Source: Chrysomallon squamiferum (Eukaryota > Animalia > Mollusca). From it: a stretch of 64,000 bases of DNA. Of this stretch, positions 25,256-60,825 are shown one piece after another. The translations under genes were made by a program, and so were the position numbers. The stretch's first letter is position 1. Each line of letters begins with the position of its first letter. The DNA is taken from positions 6,758,001 to 6,822,000 of the forward strand of contig CM022675.1 in NCBI GenBank assembly GCA_012295275.1, written 5' to 3'. The notes under the pieces were generated by a model, which was not told the DNA's origin, did no database searches, and worked only from the letters and a program-made list of their open reading frames with translations.

Positions 25256-26071
25256 TTAAAATAATCAACAAGTACAAAAATACTGAAATGATAAGTATGG
25301 AGTTTTACTCTTAACTGCATTTTTCGAACTGAAAAAACATACTTTATTTTTTTTTAAAATTTCGACATTTTTATTTATCGAAATTTCCAGTAAACAAGCG
25401 AAGTGTACCGAGTGCAAAAATGATATAATATCCCATGCCGCTCTGACCCATATACCCGTTACAATCCTGATGTTATCTATTTTGACGTGGTTGTAGTGCG
25501 TTTTGGTTCAAGTATTCTTTATAATTGCGCAGTTATCGCGGTCACATTAAGACAGTTTGCAGTGACAGCACTCTTGTCACGTGATTCTATTTGTGCCAAG
25601 ATGCCCTGTGTATTACCTTTTGTTATTAAAAATTAAATAAATAAATAAATAAATAATATTAATCTTAAAATAAATAAATTAGAAAATAGAAAAAAATAAT
25701 ATATGTGTAAACATAAATAACAACTATGTAAAAAAAAAACGAGCAATAACAGCAAACAACAACAGCGACATAAAAGATTTAAATAAATGAGCCATTCACA
25801 AACCATGTTTAGAGAATAAACATGACTTTAATATATAGTCATGTGTTTTTCGCTTGTGTGTATGTTAAAGAAATGACAACAAGAGGATATGCTATGCTAA
25901 TTATCAAACGTATAAATAATGTATCCAAAGACGATATTTCAAAAACATACAGTGTAGATTCACAACAGCCATCTAATAATATAGCAAAATATAGCATAAT
26001 ATTAAGCAGTGTCTGTTAACTATCAAACATTGCATTAAAATATGAAGACTATTTTTTCTAAATTAAATGAC

Positions 26072-26115
<44 letters not shown>

Positions 26116-28685
26116 TTATTTATTTATTTAAATTCTAGTGTGCAACAGTACAAGAAATTCTACAAGCTTTTGATATGGAAAATAAAGATGAGATAACTCT
26201 AAACGACTTCCTATACATGTCTCCTGCAATCATCTACCAGTTGGATTCGCACTGTTCAAGAATTACCCACAGTGCAATATATGAAGAAGAAATTATTGCA
26301 GAGGAAATTTCTGATCCTACCCAGAATAAAACAGATTTTATTGCATCAAGAAGTATAAGTAATATCCCATCAAAAGGTAAAAAAATAAATAATAATAAAT
26401 AAATAAATAAGAAACAAAAACAAGAAAATTACACCTCTTCAATAATACATAATAAATATAATAATGAAAATAATAGAAAATCATATATATATATATATAG
26501 AAACATTTTTAAATTATTAATATAATTTATCTAATTACTTATTAATCTATTTATTCTTTAATACATTACATTTCATTGTTGTTGTTGTTGTTCTTCTTCT
26601 TCTCCTTCTTCTTCTTCTTATTATTATTATTATGTAACCAATGAAAATGTTTTATAAGCTTGAAATTAAACACTACTGAAGTATAAATATTTTCAAAATA
26701 TGTATTTGTATCACCAGGAAAATAATCCAATTGTTTTTTTTCAAAACATTATTTATTTATTTGTTTTTATTTATTTATTTTTTATTTTATTTTATTTATT
26801 TAATTTTAAATTTTTAAAATTTTTATTTTATTTTTATTTTTGTCAATACTCACTTCATTTTCTAGGTGACATTAAAATTACAATAGAAATTACTTTTTAG
26901 AAATGTTTTTAAAAATTAGTTTTTTATGTTTTAACAGTATGGGGCTTCAGTTTTGTGGCAGTCTTTGTTATAAGTCTGGTGGGTTTGGTGGGAGTGGGTG
27001 TTATTCCACTGATGCAGAAAGTTTTCTACAATCATCTGCTGCAGTTTCTTGTTGCCCTGGCAGTTGGAGCACTCACAGGCGACGCCCTACTTCATCTTCC
27101 TCCCCACATGTAAGTTTTAATTAAAAATATATTTTTTTATTTTCTGTCTCATTTAAGTTTTAATTAAAGTATATTTTTGACTTTTTATGCCATTTAAGTT
27201 CAAATTAAAAATATATTTTTTAGTTTCTATCTCATTTAAGTTTTAATTAAAAGCATATTTTTTAATTTTCTGTCTCACATAAATTCTAATTAAAGTATAT
27301 TTTTCACCTTTAACCAAACATAAGTTTTAATCAAAAGTATTGTTAACATTCTGTAATTTGTGAAAAAAGTTTAGAAAAATTCGAAATTAAATTATAGATA
27401 ACTCCATTTAATTATATCATTATCAATAATCATTTTCTGTTATACTTACTTAACATTTCCTTATTAAGATACTAAATTTAATCTCTCTAAATTGCAAATA
27501 CAATAAAATACCTGGTAACATTAATTTTTTATGAACAGATTAAAAAAACTTAATAAATTCAAACTTTAGCTTGACAAACTATTGTACATTGGGAAGATGT
27601 CACTCATCTTTTGCCTGTCATGAGTCTAAAAATAGTTTTTCCTTGACCTTGTAATATATGGTAATTTCTAGCTTTCGTTAATCATTTGAAATATTTCAAC
27701 AAGGAATGAAACATGACCTTGTAATTTTTAGCTTTGTAAATCATTCAAAATATTTCAACAAGAAATGAAACATTGTGATGGAAAGTGATTAACTATCTAT
27801 TGTCTGATGAGTAACTTGGGTTGAGGTGACATTTTCACAATCTCCAGGTCTGTATGAGTTACACGTTAAGATAGTGATCTTTTAGAAATATTTGTAGCTG
27901 TAGACTTTCTAAATTTATCCCGTGTAATTGTAATCTTATTTGATGTTCTGATAACTTTATCTCTCCTCTGAATCTGACTTCGTGTCTGCTGTCTTGTGTC
28001 AGGCTGACTCTTGTTGGCGATTACTGCTCATTCATCCATCCATCCATCCTTCCTTCCTTCATTCCATCCATCATCCACATTCATCAATCCAACCATTCAT
28101 TCATTCATTACTCTGTCCATCCATCCTACCTTCATACGATCTGTCCATTCATCTTACCATGTATTCATTCATCCATTTATTCATCCATCCTGCCTCCATT
28201 TCACTCATCTATGCATTCATCCTACCTTCTCTGTCCATCTATTCATTCATCCAGACTTCCTTCCATTATTAATCCATCCAGTCACCCATACATTCACCTA
28301 TTCATCCATCCATCCCTCCTTCCTTCATTCTGTTCACCTTTCCATTCATCTAACCCTTCAGCAATCCATCACTATTCCATTCATCCATTATCCACCCATA
28401 AAAATATTCATCCATCTCACTGTCTGTCTGTCTGTCTGTATGTATGTATGTCTGGCAGTCTGTCAGTCGGTACATAAGAAGTCAGTTATATTTTCTTTTT
28501 GTTCCAGGCTCTGAGTTCTGGTTCACATCATGATCGGAGTCTTGTGTGGAAAGGTTTGTGTGGACTCATGGGAATTTTCTTCTTCTTCATCATGGAAAGA
28601 ATTCTCCATATTATCTCAGACGCCAGAAACAGAAGGAGACTCAAAGTATGTCAGTGTATATTTTTCTGTGTATGTCTGCATGTAT

Positions 28686-28730
<45 letters not shown>

Positions 28731-28810
28731 TGAGAGAGAGTGTGTATTTGTGTTTGCCTGTTCATATGTGCATGTGTGATTATATATGTATGTATCAGAA
28801 TATGTATTTC

Positions 28811-28852
<42 letters not shown>

Positions 28853-31207
28853 TGTATTTGTGTTTGCCTGTTCATATGTGCATGTGTGATTATGTGTGTA
28901 TGTATCAAAATATGTATTTCTGTGTCTTTGTCAATCTGTGTGTGTGTTTTGCATGGATATCTTTAAATAGCATTTAAATATTCTCAGATGATCAGACTAT
29001 ATGTATATATATATTTATTTATTTATTTATATATTTATTTACTGATATTTATTGTCTTGTTTTTAATTTTGGATTTTTAAGAATATGACAATAATATACA
29101 CTGTGTTTTATTTAAGGAAGGTAAATGTGTTTTATAAAATTATTACATTTGTTAACTTATAATTACTACTGCAACTACAACTGTTACCTACTACTAAAAC
29201 AAATAATAATAATAATAATAATAATGTAATGATAATTGATGATGATGATGATGATAATAGAAAACAGCAGCCTTTTTAATAACAGTGGGTTTATTTAATG
29301 TCTTTTTCATAACAAAATAATATATTTAATGTAATGCAATTGTTAATATTTAAATGTTGAAATGAAGCTAAACAGTTACATGATTATTTTTATTAAAGTA
29401 TGGAGTGAAAAAGACAGTGAGAGAAGATTTACAATCAGATGAGGATGTGAAGGTGAAAACTGTTCCTGAGAATGGTAAGTTTTAAAGATTGTATTTTAAC
29501 AAATTAAAATGTATCTGTTTTGAAGAACAGATGCTCTGTTATTCTATTTAAGGTTTTTCTTTTCTTTATTAACATTGACAAGCCAGTGTTGATAAAAAGA
29601 ATTTCAATAAAATAAACAGAAATGGAAATTAAAAAAAAATGAAACTAATAAATCATTGAGTATATATAAAAAAAAAAAAAGTTTTGTTTTCTCTCTCTTG
29701 CTTGCTTTCTCTTGCTCTCTCTCTCTTGCTCTCTGTCTCTCTCTCTCTCTCTCTTCTTTCTCTGTATATGGTGCTTGATGATATTACTATCACTTTTATG
29801 ATTATCACTACAATGATCATCAACATTATTATTATCATAATCACCTTCATCATCCACCTATGATTATACATAATTATCACTGCCTTCTAGAAAATATCAC
29901 TAAAATACTAAAACTATATCTTTCAGTATTATCAAGCTCTACGGAGGAGAAAATAGCATCAGACGATGTTTTCAAGGTCACTGAGAAGGACAGCATGCTG
30001 CGTCACCAGGAGGAAGGTCATGGTCACCATGGACACAGCCATGGTGACGGAAAGTTACCAGACTCCGTGGCAGCCATTGCTTGGATGGTAATCCTGGGAG
30101 ACGGAATTCACAACTTCAGCGATGGGTTAGCAATTGGAGCTGCGTTTGCTAACAGCATTACTGGAGGCTTTAGTACCTCCATTGCCATCTTCTGTCATGA
30201 ATTGCCTCATGAAATTGGTGAGTTTTTCTGGGGTTTTTTTTCTTCTATAATTGCATTTGCCTTTATATTTGCATTTGTATGTGTGTTTGTGTCAGTAATT
30301 TGAAAATTCTTGCATATTTTTGTACATTTATTGAAATTAATGTTAGTTTTATAATAAAACCTTACTGTAATGTCAATTCCCTTTGATGCTCCCTTTGAGG
30401 TATTTCCCATCCTGGCCCATGCTCCAAGACTAGTTTATCAAAGGCTGTGGTATGTATTGTCCTGTCTATTGGCAAAATGCAAATAAAAGACACTTGCTGT
30501 TGCTAATAATAAAAAAAGAATAATGTAATCAAATGATAACTCCAAATGATTTTTTTTTTATATTAAAAGTTTGGTCTTTAACCATAGTTTGAAAAAAGTC
30601 TTCAGTATGTCAATTACACAAAATATTTCTTCTTTTTCTTACTTTTTATATAAATAAACTGTCTTCATTATCAAAAACTAATTATTATTTTTATTATTAT
30701 TACAGGCGATTTTGCAGTGTTGCTACAAACTGGAATGAAGGTAAAACAGGCTATTGTGTACAACATAGTTTCATCAGTGCTTTGTTTAATTGGCATGGTG
30801 ATCGGTGTTGCCCTTGGCAACATCAGTGATGCCTCCTTGTGGATTTTTGCCTGTGTTGGAGGACTCTTCATCTACATATCTTTAGTCGACATGGTAAGAA
30901 TTTTTGTATAATTTAGTCTTTTAGAAGTATTTTATTAGTTTTATTCAGTTCCATCCATTGCTCTGAATTTTGCATTTGTGGGTCTAATTATTGAAAATGT
31001 GATATAAAGAATGTAAAATACTGTTGAGAATAATACAGTGCAATAATAGTAATAATGATTATAATATGAAGAAGGTAAAACATTACATATTATTTATGTT
31101 TTTTTTGTTTAATCCATAAATGTCATATTTAAAGGTATTTGAATTTGAAATGAAAAGATTTTTGTATATGAAAATCTTGGTGATCTACATAATTATATAA
31201 AATAAAT

Positions 31208-31241
<34 letters not shown>

Positions 31242-31673
31242 TGATAATTATTATATAATGTATGTGTATAAATTTCTTTTCTTTATTTATAAAATGATTA
31301 AATAATTGTGTTTCATCTTATCAACAACTTATATATCTTTTCATCTTATGTAATGAAACAATAAATTTCAAATTCTACAAAAATTCTTTGCTCTAAAAAC
31401 GTAACCATTTTACAACATTCATCCCTGGTATAAAAACACATTTCATTTCTTTATAAACAATATATATCAATTTATAATTAATGACCCTGGTATTAAAAAC
31501 ACTAATTTCTTGTCTTCATTTTTCAGCTACCTGAAATGACGTCTGCAGAAAAACAAAATGGAAGTAATCGTGTGTTTCAGCTGGCACTGCAATGTTCTGG
31601 AATGTTCACTGGGGCTGGGATCATGTTGTTGATAGCCATCTTTGAAGAAGACCTCAAAAATATTCTGAACTAA
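21876..31673 (+). CDS. SLC39A10: LIV-1 family zinc transporter ZIP10/ZIP6/foi-like, copy B (8 coding exons, about 709 aa if two frameshifts are corrected)
   Basis: Exons 21876-22756, 26139-26376, 26938-27109, 28508-28645, 29399-29474, 29927-30217, 30706-30893, 31527-31673. Intron phases match copy A; [10 protein letters not shown] and [10 protein letters not shown] intact. Net -1 break in exon 1 and +2 at the end of exon 3 (assembly error, recoding or pseudogenization). Confidence 0.88.
22821..22988. repeat. (AAT/GAT)n microsatellite; a long degenerate (ACT)n tract follows at about 23200-24095
   Basis: Direct inspection. Confidence 0.93.
26139..26376 (+). CDS. SLC39A10: ZIP copy B exon 2
   Basis: [39 protein letters not shown]; ctag / GTAAAA; phase 0-1. 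Confidence 0.9.
26938..27109 (+). CDS. SLC39A10: ZIP copy B exon 3 (TM1-TM2; 2 extra nt near 3' end)
   Basis: Near-identical to copy A exon 3; cttcctccccacat versus ctcctcccacat in A. Confidence 0.88.
27110..27340. repeat. Degenerate about 40-bp tandem repeat at the ZIP B exon 3 donor
   Basis: Same unit as 5338-5625. Confidence 0.78.
28508..28645 (+). CDS. SLC39A10: ZIP copy B exon 4 (TM3)
   Basis: [33 protein letters not shown]; ccag / GTATGT. Confidence 0.9.
29399..29474 (+). CDS. SLC39A10: ZIP copy B exon 5 (short cytosolic loop exon)
   Basis: [25 protein letters not shown]; aag acceptor, GTAAGT donor; supplies the needed phase 0-1 bridge. Confidence 0.75.
29927..30217 (+). CDS. SLC39A10: ZIP copy B exon 6 (His loop, TM4, TM5)
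   Basis: [33 protein letters not shown]; tttcag / GTGAGT. Confidence 0.93.
30395..30510 (+). mobile_element. Degenerate SINE central-domain remnant (Meta-domain-like)
   Basis: gctccaagactagtttatcaaaggctgtggtatgtattgtcctgtct...tgcaaataaaagacacttgctgttgctaat; best-preserved of three similar segments. Confidence 0.55.
30706..30893 (+). CDS. SLC39A10: ZIP copy B exon 7
   Basis: [16 protein letters not shown]...[12 protein letters not shown]; 188 nt, same length as copy A. Confidence 0.93.
31527..31673 (+). CDS. SLC39A10: ZIP copy B exon 8 (TM8 and stop)
   Basis: [48 protein letters not shown]. Confidence 0.92.
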   Translation, partial: LPEMTSAEKQNGSNRVFQLALQCSGMFTGAGIMLLIAIFEEDLKNILN

Positions 31674-33079
31674 TTTGTATAAAAAAAAAACTTTCTGAGG
31701 TTTGATACAGGATAGTCATATTTCAAGAAAAGATGGACAGATATTATTTACAAAAGATCTAACAAATGCTTTGAACAAATTTAAAAAAAGAAAAATATAT
31801 ACATTGTTAGGTTGGGATAGAAAAGTCATATTTCATGAACAGATGTTTGGGTGCTTTCAAACAGATAGCCATATCTGAGAAAAATCTAATGATTATTCTG
31901 AATAATTTTGTTAAAATATTGTTATTTTATGAGAATATTTGACAGATGTATTTCATGAATATGCTGAACTAAATTTTTATTTTAAATAGATTTTTGGAAG
32001 TGACATATTTGACAAAGATCTCATAGCATTAGTGACTTGAAACTGAAAAAAACCTTAATGCTATGAAAAAATAAGGTTAGGGTCGGGACTAGATAATCAG
32101 TCATAGTTAAGAATAACATTTAGAAGGTTTTGAACCAAACAAAATGGAGGATGGAAAGAAAACTGAAAGGTATTCAATGCTCTGTTATTAAACATGACAG
32201 ACATACTGAAACAAAGACACTGAATTAGGAAAATTTTAAATAAAAAATAAATAGAACTGAGGCACTGAAATAAAATAATGTTTCCAAAGACAAAACAAGT
32301 TCAGTGAATAACATCAAAACTTTATCAAACATACATATCTCATTAATGCCTGTTTGTTATTGTTTATTGATATATTTATTATTATTATTAATTTATCATG
32401 CTTGTTTATTTCTTTAGTTATTTTATTATACACGTATTTTTGTTTTAGTGCAATATGTCTAATTTTTTGTTTAAATTCAATTTTTATTTTTATTATTATT
32501 ATTTATTAATTTATTTGTTTACTTATTTATTTTTATTATATTGTATTTCTTTTTTTTTTTTCATTTATTGTTTTTATCATCATTTTGATAAAATTCCTTA
32601 GTAAAAAGACATTCCATAACTTTGATATAGGGTATAAAATATATATTTATAAATCTCATGAATTACCTGTTAGTGAAAGCCATGTATATGTATGTTTGTG
32701 ATTCTCTTGTGTGATATTAATATTTTTATATTTCAGTTTTCTTACATCTATACAGGAATCTATCTATAAATATAAATATATATATATATATCTATATCTA
32801 TTTGCATATTTGAATGTGTGTCTATGTTATATATACAATATGTAAGTATAATTAAGCTGGATATTTTGAAAACAAAATTCACTTCGATGAATACCTTTTG
32901 ATACCAATACTTATATATTTAACCAAATATTTTATATTTTTATAACAAGTTGTTTACATACTATTGTACTCACTGGGGTGTGAATGACATTTATTTATAT
33001 TTTTATATCTACACAATATATACACATATATATTACTATTATGATATATTTTAACAGTGTTTTGTCATGAAAGTTATGA

Positions 33080-33085
33080 AATAAA
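33080..33085 (+). terminator. Candidate polyadenylation signal of ZIP copy B
   Basis: AATAAA followed by a GT/T-rich element; weak evidence in AT-rich DNA. Confidence 0.3.
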
Positions 33086-33343
33086 AGTGAGAAATAATTG
33101 TTTTGTTAACAATTTAATTTAGTTAAATTCTCCTTTAAAACATAAATAAATAAATACATAAATAATAAAACTGTATTAAATCTTTGTCTGAAAAACACTT
33201 GATTTACAAGATGATTTTAGTTCTGTGTGTTATATAGATAGATAGATAGAAAGAGAAACAGAATTAAACTTTATAATTTAATAAAACTGAAAGAACACAA
33301 CAGTAATAATAAAAAAAAAAAACAAGGTTTGAGATGTATTATC

Positions 33344-33349
33344 TTTATT
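33344..33349 (-). terminator. Candidate polyadenylation signal of separase
   Basis: AATAAA on the minus strand about 800 nt after the stop, followed by a T-rich tract. Confidence 0.35.
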
Positions 33350-33970
33350 TCACAAAATAAATTACATAAACATATAAACACAAATAAAAATTAAACATCA
33401 TTATCATTTGTCCCTGAATTAAAACAATAAAACTAAAAAAAAAAACATTAATTAAAGTTTCAAATTTTCTAACACATAAATTGAAATCAGATTATACAAA
33501 TTATTAAAAATATTAAATCAGACATTTGTAAGTTTCAATTTATTTAAAAACAGTATTTTGAGATATTAGCAGATAAATAATTAACATTTATAACTGTAAA
33601 CAGACACTTGTTTTCAAAACTATCAGATACTTGTTGCTATTTACATTGTTTATTTATTTCTTTTGACACATATGTAAACAGACATATATACCTTCATGCA
33701 AACATACCTGAAATACCATGCATAATACATTAAGTCTGCAGATAGATAGAGGTATGTAATCTCTTAACTTAAAACACTTGTCCATAAATATTATACCAAC
33801 AGTTCCCACCAGTACTGTGACATTAACTGAATTAGTAAAAATAATTTAAAACATTTTTTCCACATACACTATCATAATACGTAGTACACTATACTATACT
33901 GTATTTTATTATACTGTTACATTCTACTGTGTTATAGTAGTCTGTTTTAGTGTAGTGTAAAAATAATAAA

Positions 33971-34014
<44 letters not shown>

Positions 34015-34141
34015 TGATAATGATGATAACAAACCTGAATTAGCAACAACAACAAAAAAAAAAAGAAATTTCCAACAGAGTGCAAAAATACATTTTTCAA
34101 AACAGTAACGTAATAATTAATTTTCTAATACTTGGTTAAAA

Positions 34142-57193
<23,052 letters not shown>

Positions 57194-57264
57194 GTTTAGT
57201 TTGCTTTCCACTAGTATAATCAGAGATTATCACAATAAATAGAAAAGTCGGAGAAAATATTTAT

Positions 57265-57280
57265 TTTAAAATTTCCGCCA
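57265..57280 (-). promoter_or_regulatory. CDE/CHR tandem cell-cycle element in the separase promoter
   Basis: Minus strand reads TGGCGG-AAAT-TTTAAA: CDE, 4-nt spacer, CHR variant, about 70 nt upstream of the ATG; CCAAT at 57338-57342. Confidence 0.6.
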
Positions 57281-57778
57281 TGGGTGCGTTGTTGTTATAA
57301 TCGATTCCTTTTCGAAACACAGAGCTCCGCCTGCAAACCAATCGGGTTCCGTGTCGGATAATGATAACTATATTTATTAGGAAGAATGCCCAAAATTGCA
57401 AACGGCTATAAATAAGTAATAATATCTAATCTATTAACGTAAATGTAGTAAACATTTGTTTCAAATGAATAAGTAATTAATTCATTAGTAAGCTCTTAAT
57501 AATTTAGATTAATTTCTGATAAATCATAAAACATTCAATCATCAATGATTCATTTTTCTAACTTATTATTTTTATTTCATTCTTAATAAGTTAATTCATC
57601 TTTTCACTAAGTAAAATAACGTTCTGTTTATAAATGTAAAATTTATAGTGGTTTCTTTCTTTCATAGCAATTTAGTGCCTCTAATTACATATATTCGGGA
57701 TCTTGATAAACAACGACAATTTCCGAATGTAACATGACCTCTTGCCGCTATGCAAATCATTTGTGTCAGGCAACAAAC

Positions 57779-57844
57779 ATGGCGGACTGTAACCTTGGGG
57801 CAAATAACATCACTACACATTCTTTCTTCTTGGTGGACAACATG
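57779..57844 (+). CDS. Probable first coding exon of an unidentified gene divergent from separase
   Basis: caaacATGGCGG (strong Kozak and YY1-like), MADCNLGANNITTHSFFLVDNM, strong donor ATG|GTGAGT, CpG-rich context; no downstream exon identified in the window. Confidence 0.6.
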
Positions 57845-59869
57845 GTGAGTTTATTTTTTATAATTAATGTAATTTAGTAATTAGATTTGTGTAAAATTGG
57901 TATATTAGGTGATATAATGAACGTTTGTACTGAACGATCTCACGAAATAACGGTTTATCTTCCATTACTATGGACGCTTTTTTCTTCCTCCTGTCAAATA
58001 ATGCAAGCAGGTGCGAGAAACATTCAGTCACTTATGTTATCGTTCCGTCTGCTTTCTTCACCAGTTTACGATTTCATTCCTTGAAAATTATAACTGACAC
58101 AATTGTTTGTCAGCGATGTTACAAAGTTGCTGAAAATAGATTGAAATAAAATAAAATAAATCTATTTCGTTTATAAGATTTTCGATAAATTCACAAATAA
58201 TGTGAAATGCGAAATGGTTTAAGTTTTAACTATATTAGATGTTCTTGGAAAATTCTTTGACATCTAAAAAATATCTGGATAAAATTTGAAATTTAAATAA
58301 TATTTCTGTTTAATTTTGTAACAGAGGTATTTCTAATTGATGAGCCATGTTCAATCCATTCATTAATAAACAGTTTTAAACTTTAAAATTTAAAAAAATA
58401 TTTTGACCAACCCGCTATTAACTGCAAAATATTTGTCAAAAATATAAAAAGTTAAATCTATGGAACAAATACTTAACATACATATACATAACTGTTATTA
58501 TAATATATATTTTTATATATATATAAAGATATTTTGAAAAAAAAAAAAGGATAGTTTTAATTAGAGTGTTCTGTTTAAAAACATCAGCAACAACACAATA
58601 CAATTAATAAGGGTAAAAAAAAAAATATAGAAAAAATTATATTTTTAACATCCACATGTATATTATGTTCTTGAAATGATCTGTTCTGTATTATTTATTC
58701 TGACCAGTTTAACCCAATATATGTGTGTGTGTGTGTGTGTGTGTATTTCTATATATAATATTTCTAAATTTAATAATAATAATAGTTTGTTTTTTTTAAA
58801 TTAGAAAGATGCCGATTTTTTAGGTGTTTTTAGAACATAACTTCAAAAATTATTTAATTCCAGTTTCAATAAAATTCTGTTGAACATAGAATAAAAAAAC
58901 CTTTTTGTTTGTTTGATGAGTTTTTTGTTTTATTTAACATTCAACAAGCATTTTAATTTATTATATCTTAGTTTCCACTAGGCCAGGTTTTATTATCTTA
59001 AAATGCCTTTTAATTAATAATTAGGCAGACATTTTTTTCTCTCATTTTCCTATTTCCATTTTTTATTATTATTTTAATTTTTTTTTTTAAATTTTAAATT
59101 TTTTATTTATTATATTAATTTTTTTTATTGTTTTTTTTTAAATTTATTATTTATTATATTAATTTTTTTATTGTTATTTTTTAAATTTATTATTTATTTT
59201 ATTATTCTATATATATATTTCTTTTAATATTTTAATAAAATATAATTTTTTTTTTAAACCACTTGAAAGTGAAATTGAAATTAATTTATGATATGGTCAA
59301 GCAATTGTTAGCCAAGGAATAAAATTTAGTAAAAAGATTTTTTTTGTTTTTTTTTAGATTAAAAATATATTGTACTTACTAAACTTTTCTTTTTAAAAAA
59401 GTTGATTTTTAAAAAATTTATTTTAATTTATTTTATTTGAACAATGACCCACCTGTTTTGTGACATTTTAAGTATTACAGCTAATAAATTAAAAAATATA
59501 TTGAAATATTTCATTGGAAGGTTGCTTTGACACAGTGTTAAACCATTTATGTAACCCATCATATCAAAACAAGTCCCAAGTCATAAGCTTTACACACACA
59601 CACACCTTATCTCTTTCAAAGAAAAACTGGTAGATATTAATTCTAAGATATATTTTAGAGCACTTTTATGAAGACTGTTATTTGCTGGTATTTCAGTTTC
59701 TGAGAAAAAGTCAGATTGTTGTGCAAACTTTATCACCTGCCAATGTCACACTGGGACAAATGAGGCATCAAAATGAAGCCTATTTTACAAGAATCTGAAA
59801 ATGTTCATAGCTCCTATCTGCCAAAATGTTATTTAAGGACTGGTTCAGTGCAATGGGTCACATATATTA

Positions 59870-60005
59870 AATAAGTATTCATAACTGGTTTATTATATAC
59901 TGTGATTATACCTTCCACTCTATGAGAAGGTGCATTTAAAACATCACTTGATGCTAAATGTAAAAGAGTGTTTATAGTGTGGCAGCTGGTTTCCTCTCTA
60001 ATATT
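59870..60005 (+). mobile_element. Degenerate SINE central-domain remnant (Meta-domain-like)
   Basis: cataactggtttat...gagaaggtgcatttaaaacatcacttgatgctaa...aaaagagt...gtggcagctggtttcctctct. Confidence 0.45.
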
Positions 60006-60710
60006 ATTATTATACAGAAATATATATCTGATATTAATTTTTTTTTTAAACTGAAAAAAAGTTATCAAGTATCATTCATTTATTTTTCACATTTTATTTT
60101 ATTTTTTTTATTTTTTTTTTTTTTATTTACATATTTATTTTTAATCAATTAATTTTTTAATTTTATTTTATTTTATTTAAGTTTTCATTATTTATTTTCT
60201 TCTATTTATTTAGTTTTTCCTTTATTTTTTTTTTTATTATTTATTATTATTACTATTTTTATTTTATTTATTTAGTTTTATTTTTTAAAAAAATATTTTT
60301 CGCCTAAAACATATTTATTCACTCTGCAGTCAAATTTCTTGTTCGACAAGTTTGAACCGAACACACTGGGTGTCATGTTTCTCCTCCATGAACACAGGCC
60401 ATAAAAAGTTTTTAAAATTAATTGTTTTTGTTCTGAAATCAGACGTAAACAGCATGACACTTAAACATGGTTCTCACTCCAAAACGCTATTTATTTATTT
60501 ATTTATTTTTTTGTACTAAAATTATGAAACATTTTTACACAGGTAGTATTGCAAAACAAAAAAAATTACTAAGCAATGGCTAAAAGTTAATATATATATA
60601 TATATATATATGGGGGTATTTTTGTATATGAGTATGTATGTGAATGTGTGCATGTGAGTCCCTATGTATTTCTGTGTGTTGTATGTCTGGGGATATGTGT
60701 CCATGAATAA

Positions 60711-60744
<34 letters not shown>

Positions 60745-60790
60745 TGCATGTATGTGAGACCTTAGGTATATATGTGTATGTGTTTATGTG

Positions 60791-60825
<35 letters not shown>

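Noticed and set aside
27982-28514. His/Pro/Ser-rich ORFs
   Set aside because: Degenerate (CATC)n microsatellite in intron 3 of copy B.
59697-59800. Possible second exon of the divergent gene
   Set aside because: Has an acceptor, but the frame hits TGA with no convincing donor.
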